Source: Candidatus Undinarchaeota archaeon
GTDB taxonomy: Archaea > SpSt-1190 > JASMDC01
NCBI GenBank assembly: GCA_964519305.1
Contig: CAZFHY010000010.1
Span: forward strand, 1-64,000
Length of the DNA: 64,000 nucleotides
Reading direction: 5' to 3'
Part shown: in pieces, positions 19,154 to 28,240 of the stretch
Layout: the number at the start of each line of letters is the position of its first letter
How positions within the stretch are numbered: position 1 is the first letter of the stretch
Translations under genes and position numbers: made by a program
Notes under the pieces: model-generated
The model's database searches: none
Seen by the model: the letters and a program-made list of their open reading frames with translations, nothing else
Told to the model about the DNA's origin: nothing

Positions 19154-19914
19154 TCGAGGACGAAGGCGAAGAGGCTGTCGATGTCAAGCGCCTGAAGGGC
19201 CGCGAGGACCTTAAGGTCTACGGTGACGTCTTTGAACCGCAGACGCTCAAGGCACTGTACAAGCTCGCCAACCGCCGGGTTTTCGACCGGTTCAGGGGCG
19301 AGATCTCGGTGGGCAAGGAGGCCAACGTGTTCCTCGCAGAGGACGAGGACGGTGCTTACGTAGCCCTGAAGATATACCGCCTCGGCACGGCCGACTTCCG
19401 TAACTTCCGCATCTACATCGAGGGTGATCCACGGTTCGCCTATACGGGTTCTCGTCGCAAAATGGTCAAGCTCTGGACAAGTAAAGAGTACCGTAACCTG
19501 TTGCGTCTCGCCGAGGCAGGTGTGCGCGTGCCGGAGCCCATCGACGTGTTCGGTAACGTGCTTACCATGGAGTTCATCGGCATCGACGGTACACCATCAC
19601 GGGAGCTCAGGTTCGCGCCCGCGGACACCGACTGGAACGACGTGTTCGACCATCTAGTGGCCGACGTACGACGCGCGTACCAGAAGGCGGACCTGGTCCA
19701 CGCCGACCTGAGCGAATACAACATCCTTCTTCATGAGGGAACACCGGTCATCATCGACTGCGGCCAGGCCGTGCTGACCGTCCACCCGCGGGCAGAGGAG
19801 TTCCTGCGGCGGGACGTGCACAACGTCCGGGCCTTCTTCAGCCGCCGTATCGAGGTCCCATCCGAGGAGGACCTTATGGCACATATTACAGGAGGAGAGA
19901 GCAATGGAAGCTGA
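19150..19914 (+). CDS. rio1: RIO1 Ser/Thr kinase
   Basis: GKEANVF, ALKIY, HADLSEYNIL and IID.GQAV motifs. Confidence 0.95.
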   Translation: MIEDEGEEAVDVKRLKGREDLKVYGDVFEPQTLKALYKLANRRVFDRFRGEISVGKEANVFLAEDEDGAYVALKIYRLGTADFRNFRIYIEGDPRFAYTGSRRKMVKLWTSKEYRNLLRLAEAGVRVPEPIDVFGNVLTMEFIGIDGTPSRELRFAPADTDWNDVFDHLVADVRRAYQKADLVHADLSEYNILLHEGTPVIIDCGQAVLTVHPRAEEFLRRDVHNVRAFFSRRIEVPSEEDLMAHITGGESNGS

Positions 19915-20449
19915 GAACACCATTGATTTCGTACGAATCCCCAAGGAACGAATAGGTATACTTATCGGCAAGAGCGGTAAGAGCAAGTCCAAGATCGAGC
20001 GATATCTCAAGATACGTCTCGAGATCGATAGCGGTACAGGTGAGATCACGATCGTCGTGCCTCCCGATCCGCGGGACCCGCTAACCGTGTTGAAGGCCAA
20101 GTCGATCGTCAAGGCCATCGGTCGCGGGTTCACGCTCGAGGACGCGCTATACCTCCTCGAGGACAATATGATGCTCGAGATCCTTGACCTATCATCGGCC
20201 CTCTCCAGTGAAAAGGCCATGCACCGCCAGAAGAGCCGCCTCATCGGTACAGAAGGCCGCACAAAGACCTTCATCGAGAAGCAGTTGGGCGTGCGCATCG
20301 CGGTCTATGGGAAGACCGTGTCGATCATCGGTCCCCCGGAGACAATCCAGCTCGCCATGGAGTCCGTCGAACGTATCCTCTCGGGCACGCCGCAGTCCGC
20401 TGTGTACCACATGATCGAGAAGCGATCAGCGCAGTTCGGAGGCTTCTGA
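19904..20449 (+). CDS. KH-domain rRNA-processing protein (Dim2/Pno1-like)
   Basis: RIG.LIGK.G, AIGRGF and RLIG..G KH motifs. Confidence 0.9.
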   Translation: MEAENTIDFVRIPKERIGILIGKSGKSKSKIERYLKIRLEIDSGTGEITIVVPPDPRDPLTVLKAKSIVKAIGRGFTLEDALYLLEDNMMLEILDLSSALSSEKAMHRQKSRLIGTEGRTKTFIEKQLGVRIAVYGKTVSIIGPPETIQLAMESVERILSGTPQSAVYHMIEKRSAQFGGF

Positions 20450-20450
20450 G

Positions 20451-22139
20451 GTGAGCGAGGACAGGTCCACCGAGGAGTTCTTCGACGCCACGTTCCGGGA
20501 GGTCGGTATCGCCGAGTTCTTCCGCAAGAACCTCCACATGCTCGGGTACGGTGGCACTATCAAATCGCTCACCACAGCGGTCCACGAGTTCCTTACAAAT
20601 TCCCTGGACGCGTGCGAGGAAGCGGGTATCCTACCGGACATAACCGTCAAGCTGCTGTCGCGCAAGGGAGAGAACCACTACCAGCTGGTGGTCAGGGACA
20701 ACGGTCCCGGCATCCCTATCAAGTACATCGACAAGGTGTTCGGTAAGATGCTGGCGGGCACTAAGTTCCACCGCTACATCCAGTCACGCGGCCAGCAGGG
20801 TATCGGTGCTGTGGGCGCGATCCTGTTCGGCAAGATCTCCACAGGGAGGCCGTTCAGGGTGGCGACGTGCACCAATGACGGCGTCATACATACCCTTGTG
20901 ATGGACCTCGACCTCAAGCGGAACACGGCCCGCGTTCACGAGACCATCAAGGAACTGGTCGAGCTCGAACCCGAGGAGGCGCGCGGTGTGCGCATCGAGG
21001 CGTTCTACAAGGACGTCCAGTACTCCCGGGGTTCGACAGGAGCGTACGAGTACGTGCGAAGGACGGCAATCGTCAATCCCCACGCCCGTATCACACTACT
21101 GGAGCCGGACGGTACGGTCATCGAGTTCCCGCGCACATCCGACACGATCCCCAAGAAACCGAAAGAGATCAAGCCCCACCCGCTCGGGCTCACGCCTGAC
21201 GACCTGGTGCAGATGGCCAAGCGTCCCAGTAGCTACCGCAAGCTCTCCACCGTGCTCATCAACGAGTGCTCCCGTGTCACTAACAACACGATTGGTGACC
21301 TCCAGGAGGCAGTGAGCGTGGACATGAGCATGAAGCCCGAGGTGCTCAGCCACAACCAGGCGGAGGAGATCGTCAAGGCGTTCCGCCGCATCAAGCTCAT
21401 GGCGCCCCCCACCGACGGGCTCATCCCCATCGGCGAGGATCAGATCGAGCGTTCGCTACGCGAGATCCTAAAGCCCAATTACATCGCCGTGTCGGTCCGA
21501 CGGCCCACCGTTTACAAGGGCGGTGTGCCCTTCCAGGTCGAAGTAGGAATGGCCTACGGCGGTGAGGCGGGACGCCGTGTGGGCAACAACGAGAAGCTCG
21601 AGGTGCTCAGGTTCGCCAATCGTGCACCCCTGCTCTTCGACGCCGGCGGTTGCGTCATCAACAAGGCGGTCGGTTCCGTAGACTGGAAGCGCTATGGTAT
21701 GCGCTCCATCGACGAGGCACCGGTCTCGGTGTTCGTGAACATAATCTCGCCTCATATCCCCTACACGTCCACTGGCAAGCAGGCCGTGGCGGAGGAGGAG
21801 GAGATCCTGGTAGAGATCCGCAACGCTCTCATGGAGGCGGGACGGAAGATTGGTAGGTACCTCTCCGGAAGACGACGTGAAGGGGAGCTGAAGGCCAAGC
21901 GCAACACATTCCTGCGCTACATCCCCGAGGTGGCCGCCGCTCTGGCGGAGCTCACCGGTGGGGACGAAGAGGTCTACCGGGCCGCCCTGGAGTCGGCCGT
22001 CGACCGCAAGCTCCAGCTAATGGAGATCGGTGAAACGATGGATGAAGACTCCGAAGGAAGCCCGCCCGAGGAGGCCGACGCCCCGGGCGACGAGGACGAC
22101 GAGGAGGAGAGCAAGGAGGTGAGAGATGATGACGAGTAA
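20451..22139 (+). CDS. top6B: DNA topoisomerase VI subunit B
   Basis: E...NSLDA, DNGPG, SRGQQGIG, RFANR.PL and TGKQA motifs. Confidence 0.96.
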   Translation: MSEDRSTEEFFDATFREVGIAEFFRKNLHMLGYGGTIKSLTTAVHEFLTNSLDACEEAGILPDITVKLLSRKGENHYQLVVRDNGPGIPIKYIDKVFGKMLAGTKFHRYIQSRGQQGIGAVGAILFGKISTGRPFRVATCTNDGVIHTLVMDLDLKRNTARVHETIKELVELEPEEARGVRIEAFYKDVQYSRGSTGAYEYVRRTAIVNPHARITLLEPDGTVIEFPRTSDTIPKKPKEIKPHPLGLTPDDLVQMAKRPSSYRKLSTVLINECSRVTNNTIGDLQEAVSVDMSMKPEVLSHNQAEEIVKAFRRIKLMAPPTDGLIPIGEDQIERSLREILKPNYIAVSVRRPTVYKGGVPFQVEVGMAYGGEAGRRVGNNEKLEVLRFANRAPLLFDAGGCVINKAVGSVDWKRYGMRSIDEAPVSVFVNIISPHIPYTSTGKQAVAEEEEILVEIRNALMEAGRKIGRYLSGRRREGELKAKRNTFLRYIPEVAAALAELTGGDEEVYRAALESAVDRKLQLMEIGETMDEDSEGSPPEEADAPGDEDDEEESKEVRDDDE

Positions 22140-23211
22140 CGAGCCCACCCTGGACAACATCCAGGCACTGGCGGCCGAGCTGGCCAGGCAACTGGAGGGG
22201 GGTGAGGAACCGCAACTATCAATCCCACTACGGACCATCTCTAATGTCTACTTCGACGAAGCGAGCCAGTCCATCCGACTGGGGAACAAGCGGTTCACGC
22301 GTTCTTTCCTCAACACGGCGCACACCCGCCGCTTCATGCAGACCCTTCTCATCCTGGCGAGGTGCAGGTCGCTGCTCGAGGAGCAGCGTCACGCCTCGAT
22401 CAGAGAGATGTACTACCAGCTAAAGCGCTCGGTCAAGTTCACCAAGGAGAACACCTTCGACGACCAGAAGGAGTCCAATCCGCTCATAGAGGACCTCGAG
22501 GTCACTCTGGACGTCCTGCGTGAAGAGCTGAACCTCAACGCAAAGAAGCGAGGTACCCTGTACGGGGACATCACCCTCACCCAGTCCGGTGACACCTTCA
22601 ACTGCGCGAAGCTCGGCCGAGGCGGCTGGTCCATCACGTCGAACGTGGAGGACATCGAGGTGAAAGAGTCATCGGCGGAGTTCGTGCTCGTCATCGAGAC
22701 CGACGCTATGTACGAGCGGCTTGTGGAGGAGGGGTTCCAGAAGAAGCACAAGTGCCTCCTGATCGCGACAGAGGGTCAGGCGCCACGGGGCGCACGCCGG
22801 CTCATCCACCGTCTCTCGAACGAGCATAATCTGCCCATCATCGTGTTCACTGACGGCGATCCCTACGGATGGTACATCTACTCCGTGATCAAGCAGGGTT
22901 CCATCAACCTCGCCTACCTCTCGAAGTGGCTCTCCACTCCAAAATGCAAGTTCGTGGGGATGACCATGGACGATATCGAGCGGTATGGACTGCAGAACGT
23001 CACCGAGGTGCTCAAGCCCAACGACGTCAAGCGCGTGAAGGAGGAGAAGAAGTACGCGTGGTTCCAGGACGAGCTCTGGCAGCGCCAGCTCGACATGGCG
23101 CTCCAGAAGAAGGTGCGTATCGAGCAGCAGGCACTGGCCAACAAGAGCCTGCAGTTCGTGGCCGACTCCTACCTCCCGGAGAAGATCGAGACCGAGGACT
23201 TCCTGCCATGA
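22126..23211 (+). CDS. top6A: DNA topoisomerase VI subunit A
   Basis: RE.YY (catalytic Tyr), VIE, D.DPYG and EQQAL motifs. Confidence 0.96.
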   Translation: MMTSNEPTLDNIQALAAELARQLEGGEEPQLSIPLRTISNVYFDEASQSIRLGNKRFTRSFLNTAHTRRFMQTLLILARCRSLLEEQRHASIREMYYQLKRSVKFTKENTFDDQKESNPLIEDLEVTLDVLREELNLNAKKRGTLYGDITLTQSGDTFNCAKLGRGGWSITSNVEDIEVKESSAEFVLVIETDAMYERLVEEGFQKKHKCLLIATEGQAPRGARRLIHRLSNEHNLPIIVFTDGDPYGWYIYSVIKQGSINLAYLSKWLSTPKCKFVGMTMDDIERYGLQNVTEVLKPNDVKRVKEEKKYAWFQDELWQRQLDMALQKKVRIEQQALANKSLQFVADSYLPEKIETEDFLP

Positions 23212-23936
23212 GCACCGATAGACCGATCACGGCACGGACCTTCAAGGAGCGTGAGTCCTATGCACGGCTCGCCGCCCCGGTACCGTTCGCCGTGAGGCTC
23301 GACGGCCGCACGTTCCACGCCCTGTCCAAGGAGCTGGACTGGGATATGCCCTTCGACGAGGGCGCCATGCGGGCGATGGTGGCCGCCGTGCGGGGGACAG
23401 CCGAGGGCATCGGCGTGCCGCCCGGGCTGGCGTTCATGTTCTCGGACGAGGTATCCCTCGTGTTCCTCGAGGACGCTCCCTTCGGCGGTAGAGTGGAGAA
23501 GCTCGCTTCCGTACTGGCCTCGGGCCTGGCAGGACGCCTATCCATCACCCTGGGAAGACCTGTATCGTTCGATGCACGGACCGTGCTCCTCACGCCCGCA
23601 GGTGTGGGTGATTACCTGGTCTGGCGACAGCGCGAGGCGTGGAACAACCACGCCCACGGTCACGCCTACTGGGCGCTGCGGCGTGAAGGATTGGACGGTC
23701 CCACCGCCACAGCACAGCTCAAGGGTGTGCGCAAGGCCGAGCTCCACGAGATGTGCTTCTCCCGGGGCGTCAACCTCGCAAAGACCCCCGCCTGGCAGCG
23801 GAACGGCGTGCTCCTGGTCCGGCAGGGCGGGGAGTACGACGAGCGATGGGACCCGCCGCGGTTCGCCACCAGCGAAGGCCGGCGCATCCTAGAAAGGCTT
23901 ATAACAACTGATGACCGGAAAAAAGAGGGGATTTGA
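23208..23936 (+). CDS. thg1: tRNA(His) guanylyltransferase / Thg1-like protein
   Basis: RLDGR.FH, FSDEVS, FDAR, WRQ.EAW.N and PAWQR.G motifs. ATGA overlap with top6A. Confidence 0.9.
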   Translation: MSTDRPITARTFKERESYARLAAPVPFAVRLDGRTFHALSKELDWDMPFDEGAMRAMVAAVRGTAEGIGVPPGLAFMFSDEVSLVFLEDAPFGGRVEKLASVLASGLAGRLSITLGRPVSFDARTVLLTPAGVGDYLVWRQREAWNNHAHGHAYWALRREGLDGPTATAQLKGVRKAELHEMCFSRGVNLAKTPAWQRNGVLLVRQGGEYDERWDPPRFATSEGRRILERLITTDDRKKEGI

Positions 23937-24325
23937 TCATGAAAGGAAGCTGGTTCCTTGCGTTCGCAGTGGTGTACGCAATGCTATCTCTTGCCGTCGC
24001 GTTCAGCATCCGGGACGCTGCTGTATCAATTTTCATCCTATTCACGACCCTCATGGTCGTTCTTATGGCCAAGCGCTCGGTGGAGAACCGCCTGCTCCTC
24101 ATCGACCTGGTCCAGGGCATCGATGCGCGGAAGCGGTCACTGCTCCCGACGGGATCTTCCGAGGAGGACGAGCCGGAGAGGGCGCCCTCCAGCAAGAAGA
24201 AGCGTAAACGCAAGAAAAAGGTCATGAAGAAGGACCTTGGAGTCCCTGCCATGGTCGCAGGCTACCCTACGCTCGAAAGCATGGGAATCGATACTTCGGA
24301 GAAGAACGAAGATTCTGAAGAGTGA
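23933..24325 (+). CDS. Hypothetical membrane protein (2 TM, basic/acidic tail)
   Basis: Two hydrophobic segments, in operon context. Confidence 0.6.
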   Translation: MIMKGSWFLAFAVVYAMLSLAVAFSIRDAAVSIFILFTTLMVVLMAKRSVENRLLLIDLVQGIDARKRSLLPTGSSEEDEPERAPSSKKKRKRKKKVMKKDLGVPAMVAGYPTLESMGIDTSEKNEDSEE

Positions 24326-24337
24326 GGTCTGTCCGGT

Positions 24338-24862
24338 CTACTCGAGACCTTGCAGCTTGTCCAAGTAGCCGTTCTTGCGCAGCCAATCCTCCTCGGCCTT
24401 GCGGTACTTGTGGACAATATCGGCCTTCTGGTCGGCTTGGACCGGCCAAGGCTGGACCACGATGGTGTTGCCTTCACGGATCCAGAGCCGGCGCTTGCGC
24501 CCAGGTGTACGGGTCACCCTGGTCTTGCCGTCCTCGCATAGTACGTACATGCGCTTGAACCCGAGTCGCTGGGTGACGATGCCGAAGAGCTCGGTATCCT
24601 TGGGGAGGTAGACACGGCTGACGTACTCTTCGCCATCCCTGCTGACCCCGCCTACGACCGGGCTCGCCCAGGCGTTCCGGTCGCGTACGTTGTCGACGTG
24701 TACCTTTGTAGTGGTGCCGATACCAGCACCAGTAACGAAGATAGTGTAACCCCAGATATGTCCGATACCGTCACCACGCTGGCCCTTGGCAGTGATCTCG
24801 AGCTCGACGACCATGCCGGCCTTCAGTTGTTGCTGTTCAGTATCGTCCGATGTACCCAACAA
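24338..24862 (-). CDS. TRAM domain-aIF-1A fusion protein
   Basis: N-terminal G..VELEI...G.RGDGI....GYTIFV.GA..G (TRAM) followed in frame by GIVTQRLG..C.DGK.R..R.PG..RLWIREG (aIF-1A). Confidence 0.85.
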   Translation of the reverse strand: MLGTSDDTEQQQLKAGMVVELEITAKGQRGDGIGHIWGYTIFVTGAGIGTTTKVHVDNVRDRNAWASPVVGGVSRDGEEYVSRVYLPKDTELFGIVTQRLGFKRMYVLCEDGKTRVTRTPGRKRRLWIREGNTIVVQPWPVQADQKADIVHKYRKAEEDWLRKNGYLDKLQGLE

Positions 24863-24962
24863 GCTCGGGACGCGTGGGGAGATTTAAAAGCTTTTCCAAC
24901 ACGGCGGGCACGCGCGCTAATCGTATACCTTTTTAATGGTTGGTGCATCCCTCTCGGACGCC

Positions 24963-25349
24963 ATGGCCAAGAAGACTACCTCCAAGATGACGAAGGAGGA
25001 GATGGAAGAGGAGCTCCGCGAAGAGGTCAAGGAAGAAGTGAAGAAGGAGTTCGCGCTCGAGAAGAAGAAGATCGAGGAGGACATCGAGGCCGACCTCAGA
25101 CGTGAGATCGACCACGAGATCCAGCTCAAGAAGGCTGAGGTCAAGTTCACCCTCGAGGAGGCTGTCCTCACCTTTGTGGGAGGTCTGGCCATCGGTCTCG
25201 GACCGTGGATCGGGTACACCTACCTCAACCTGGACCCGTCGGACTTCGCGTTCGCGGTCGTGAACGTGCTGGCGGCCTGGTTCGGTCTGCTCGTGTTCAT
25301 CGTCCCCATCATCCGCAAGATCGAGCAGATCACCGAGCGTCTCGGTTAA
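24963..25349 (+). CDS. Hypothetical membrane protein (acidic coiled coil + 2 TM)
   Basis: Strong coding bias, an E/K-rich N-terminus and two TM helices. Confidence 0.65.
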   Translation: MAKKTTSKMTKEEMEEELREEVKEEVKKEFALEKKKIEEDIEADLRREIDHEIQLKKAEVKFTLEEAVLTFVGGLAIGLGPWIGYTYLNLDPSDFAFAVVNVLAAWFGLLVFIVPIIRKIEQITERLG

Positions 25350-26191
25350 GCGGTCCCGTCACGAGGGCCCATCCCTGCTTTATCAAGCCGCTGCGCTAGC
25401 TCGGAGAACGTCGACACGTCGACGTTCCTAACACGCTCGTCCGCCAGCGAACCCAGCGCCTCCCTGATCTTCGCTCCATCGTGCTTCTCCACGGTCAGGA
25501 TATGTCGCCCGTGCAGTATTGCGTTCCGGACCGTCTGGTTACGGTGTTGGAATAGAGCCCGCACGACCTCGTCGAGCACCATGTCCCGGGCCACGTCACG
25601 CGGGATCAAACGCAGGGCCATCGAATCGACACGCGGACGGGGGTGGAACGCAGAGCGGTGAATCGGGAAGAGCAGTTCGACATCTGCGTAATGCTGCACC
25701 ATCACGGAAAGACGGGAGTATTCCCTCGAACTGGGCTCGGCCACCATGCGCAGAGCGAACTCGCGCTGGAGCACGAGCACGATGGGGACACGACATGTCG
25801 CGATGAGCCGGAACATCAGGGGCGAGGATATGCTGTACGGAACGTTGGATATCACCCGCTCGGCAGAAGGAAGGTCGGTGGATAGAGCATCTGCCTCGAC
25901 CACATCGACATTGTCAAGATCCGCGAGCTCCTCACGTGCAACCCGGGCTATCCCCCGGTCCTTCTCAATGGTGGTCACATGTCGTGCGACCGAGGCGAGC
26001 TCACGTGTGAGGAACCCGAAACCGGTCCCCACCTCTAGCACGGTGCGGTCCTCGGCATCTAGCTCACGGACCTCGTGTGTGAGCACCGAGCGCCGGACGA
26101 GGAAGTTCTGGCCAAAGGATCGCTTGGTGGCAAGGCCATGACGTCTGAGTAGGTCGTCCGCCTCTGCTGCGAGATCCCCTACGCTACCCAC
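25346..26191 (-). CDS. rsmA: 16S rRNA m6,2A dimethyltransferase
   Basis: GQNFL, LEVG.G.G.LT, SNVPYSISS, Q.EFA.R and F.P.P.VDS motifs. Confidence 0.94.
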   Translation of the reverse strand: MGSVGDLAAEADDLLRRHGLATKRSFGQNFLVRRSVLTHEVRELDAEDRTVLEVGTGFGFLTRELASVARHVTTIEKDRGIARVAREELADLDNVDVVEADALSTDLPSAERVISNVPYSISSPLMFRLIATCRVPIVLVLQREFALRMVAEPSSREYSRLSVMVQHYADVELLFPIHRSAFHPRPRVDSMALRLIPRDVARDMVLDEVVRALFQHRNQTVRNAILHGRHILTVEKHDGAKIREALGSLADERVRNVDVSTFSELAQRLDKAGMGPRDGTA

Positions 26192-26195
26192 AGGT

Positions 26196-26777
26196 CTAGT
26201 ACCGCCGCTTGGGCGGCGCGGGCGGAGCCACGAAGATGTAGTACTTCTCCTTCTCTTCGAGTTCGGATAGAACGCGGCGTGCGATGACCTTCTTCGGATC
26301 GGGCATGAGCTTCACACGCTTGCGCAGGTCTTCGAAGTCCTCGAACGGCTTGAACTTGCGCTCGTCGATGATGGCCCACATGTGCTTCTTGCCCACACCG
26401 GGCAGGAGCTCGAGCTGGTGGAGGCGCGTTGTGAGCGCCTGGGACCTGTTGAAGAACTGTATGAACCGCTGCTGCTGGTGGTCCACGACCTCCTCGATTA
26501 TGTAGGGGAGCTCTCCGCGCGCCATCTCGGTGAGACGTTCGGGCTTGATGCGTCCGCGGATGTGATGGATCTCGTCCCGGCGGCCTTCGCCGATGTACAC
26601 CCGATCGTTGGGTTGGAGGTACACTCCGGACTTCACGGTGGCCTCAAGGAGAATGAACTTCTTCACACCAAGGCCCTGGACCACGGCTTCCCGCTTGTAG
26701 GCGGGTTTTTCCATGGGATGGCCGTCTGGCATGAAATCAAGAGCTATCATATACTCCTCGCGGTCGTCGTCCTCCAC
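26196..26777 (-). CDS. DUF655 predicted RNA-binding protein
   Basis: F.LLE, FFN....T.RLHQLELLPG.GKK; conserved rpl21e-rpo4-DUF655-rsmA order. Confidence 0.9.
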   Translation of the reverse strand: MEDDDREEYMIALDFMPDGHPMEKPAYKREAVVQGLGVKKFILLEATVKSGVYLQPNDRVYIGEGRRDEIHHIRGRIKPERLTEMARGELPYIIEEVVDHQQQRFIQFFNRSQALTTRLHQLELLPGVGKKHMWAIIDERKFKPFEDFEDLRKRVKLMPDPKKVIARRVLSELEEKEKYYIFVAPPAPPKRRY

Positions 26778-26781
26778 GGCG

Positions 26782-27132
26782 TTACCCCCTGTATTTTTCC
26801 ACTATGGCAAGGATCTGGTCCTGCACGTCCTTCTTGAGGGATATCTTATCCTTTGAGAGGATAACGTTCAGCTCGGCGGAGTTGGCAGGGAGCAGGTCCA
26901 CGATCTTGGCGATGTGCACTTCCTTGATCCTTGGTAGGCCAAGGTCCGCGATCTCGTTGGCCAGCTTGTTCGCGTCCTCTAGTTCGAGGCGAGTGAATCC
27001 CTGGGCATATGCCAGGGCCAAACGCTGCTCGTACCGAAGCTCGCCGTCCTCGGAACGCTTCTCGAGGATCGATTTGACGAGACTGATAGGGACCGTCCGT
27101 TCTTCCCGGATCTCCTTCCCTACCATGTTCAC
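26782..27132 (-). CDS. rpo4: RNA polymerase subunit Rpo4 (F)
   Basis: L.YEQ..AL.Y and KIVDLLP....EL motifs, plus operon context. Confidence 0.9.
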   Translation of the reverse strand: MNMVGKEIREERTVPISLVKSILEKRSEDGELRYEQRLALAYAQGFTRLELEDANKLANEIADLGLPRIKEVHIAKIVDLLPANSAELNVILSKDKISLKKDVQDQILAIVEKYRG

Positions 27133-27425
27133 TCACCAAGTGGGCGGAGGTGTACCGCCCGTGCGATTATGTCCTTGGTCTTGTTGCCGTCCTTCAACCG
27201 GACGACATAGGCATCACCGCGCTTCTCCACGACGATCCCAGTACGGCCCTGGAACTTCGGGTGAGGCATCCCCTTGTGGACGCTGGGCTCGATAGTGACA
27301 GCAGCCCGGTCACCGACCTCGAAGGTCCGGAGGAGCTGGTTGACCGTCACTTTACCCTTCTCCCGGGGCTTCTTCTGGAGGACGTTCCGTGTACGGACAC
27401 GGAATCCATGTGATCGTTCGACCAT
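27129..27425 (-). CDS. rpl21e: 50S ribosomal protein L21e
   Basis: SHGFR..TR, HKGMPH..FQGRTG and HLRP motifs. Confidence 0.96.
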   Translation of the reverse strand: MVERSHGFRVRTRNVLQKKPREKGKVTVNQLLRTFEVGDRAAVTIEPSVHKGMPHPKFQGRTGIVVEKRGDAYVVRLKDGNKTKDIIARAVHLRPLGE

Positions 27426-27468
27426 GAGTATCCCTCGATGACTCCCGCGGTGAAGTTAAAAAGGTTTC

Positions 27469-28008
27469 CTATAGGTCGTGCCCTTCCGTCCCTTTCTCAA
27501 GCCCTTCCTCACCGATCCGATAGGTCTCGACGGTGACGGACCGGCCTGATACATCCAGCACCATGAAGGACGGTTCGCGGACCACTCCTGCTGCGGCCCA
27601 CGAGCCTGTCGCGCTCCCCGGATTGAGCACGAGCAGCCCATTGAGCATATCCTGTCTGATCTCGTGCGTGTGGCCAAGAACAAGGACATCGACGCCCATT
27701 TCCCGAGCGGTCACTACGGCAGGCTCCCGACCCATTTCATCTAATGCCTCATGGCCATGGGTCATCCCTACCTTGATACCGCCCACTCCGATTATCTTGT
27801 TCTCAGGGAGGTTGAGGAAGTCGATCTCACCGCGTACCGCGTACAAAGGGGCCAGTTTCCGCAGCTCTTTGAGCGTAGAGAGCGTATTGATATCGCCTGA
27901 ACAGAGGATGAGCTCGACTCCACGCTCCCTGAACGTCTCGAACACGATAGGTGGGACTGAACGGGCTCTACCTGGGACGTGTGTATCGCCGAGAACGCCG
28001 ATAATCAT
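27469..28008 (-). CDS. YfcE/Vps29-like metallophosphoesterase
   Basis: GDTH, SGD, THGH, GHTH and NPGS motifs. Confidence 0.9.
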   Translation of the reverse strand: MIIGVLGDTHVPGRARSVPPIVFETFRERGVELILCSGDINTLSTLKELRKLAPLYAVRGEIDFLNLPENKIIGVGGIKVGMTHGHEALDEMGREPAVVTAREMGVDVLVLGHTHEIRQDMLNGLLVLNPGSATGSWAAAGVVREPSFMVLDVSGRSVTVETYRIGEEGLEKGTEGHDL

Positions 28009-28020
28009 GATAACGTTCCC

Positions 28021-28218
28021 CTACATCCTGAGGCTCGGCATGAGCGACACCTTCTTCTGGCAGGCCATGCACTGCCAGACGATGTCGAGGATGCGCTCCT
28101 TCGGTTTGGTCTTCTCCTCTTCATAGATGCGCACGGGGAGCATGTACCCCCGTCCGCAGTCGCAGGGGATCTTCTCGTGAATATTGATGTCCACATGGAC
28201 GGGATAGCGCGAAACCAT
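28021..28218 (-). CDS. Small Zn-ribbon protein (65 aa)
   Basis: MVSRYPVH...CDCGRGYM...WQCMAC, filling the gap upstream of the phosphoesterase. Confidence 0.6.
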   Translation of the reverse strand: MVSRYPVHVDINIHEKIPCDCGRGYMLPVRIYEEEKTKPKERILDIVWQCMACQKKVSLMPSLRM

Positions 28219-28240
28219 TAAATGCCTTCTCCCGGCGCGC

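Noticed and set aside
22869-23207. Long N-terminal extension of Thg1 (likewise NMD3 from 17754, GT39 from 61754 and CpXC from 61793)
   Set aside because: These overlap genuine neighbouring genes in other frames, and family motifs begin at the downstream starts.
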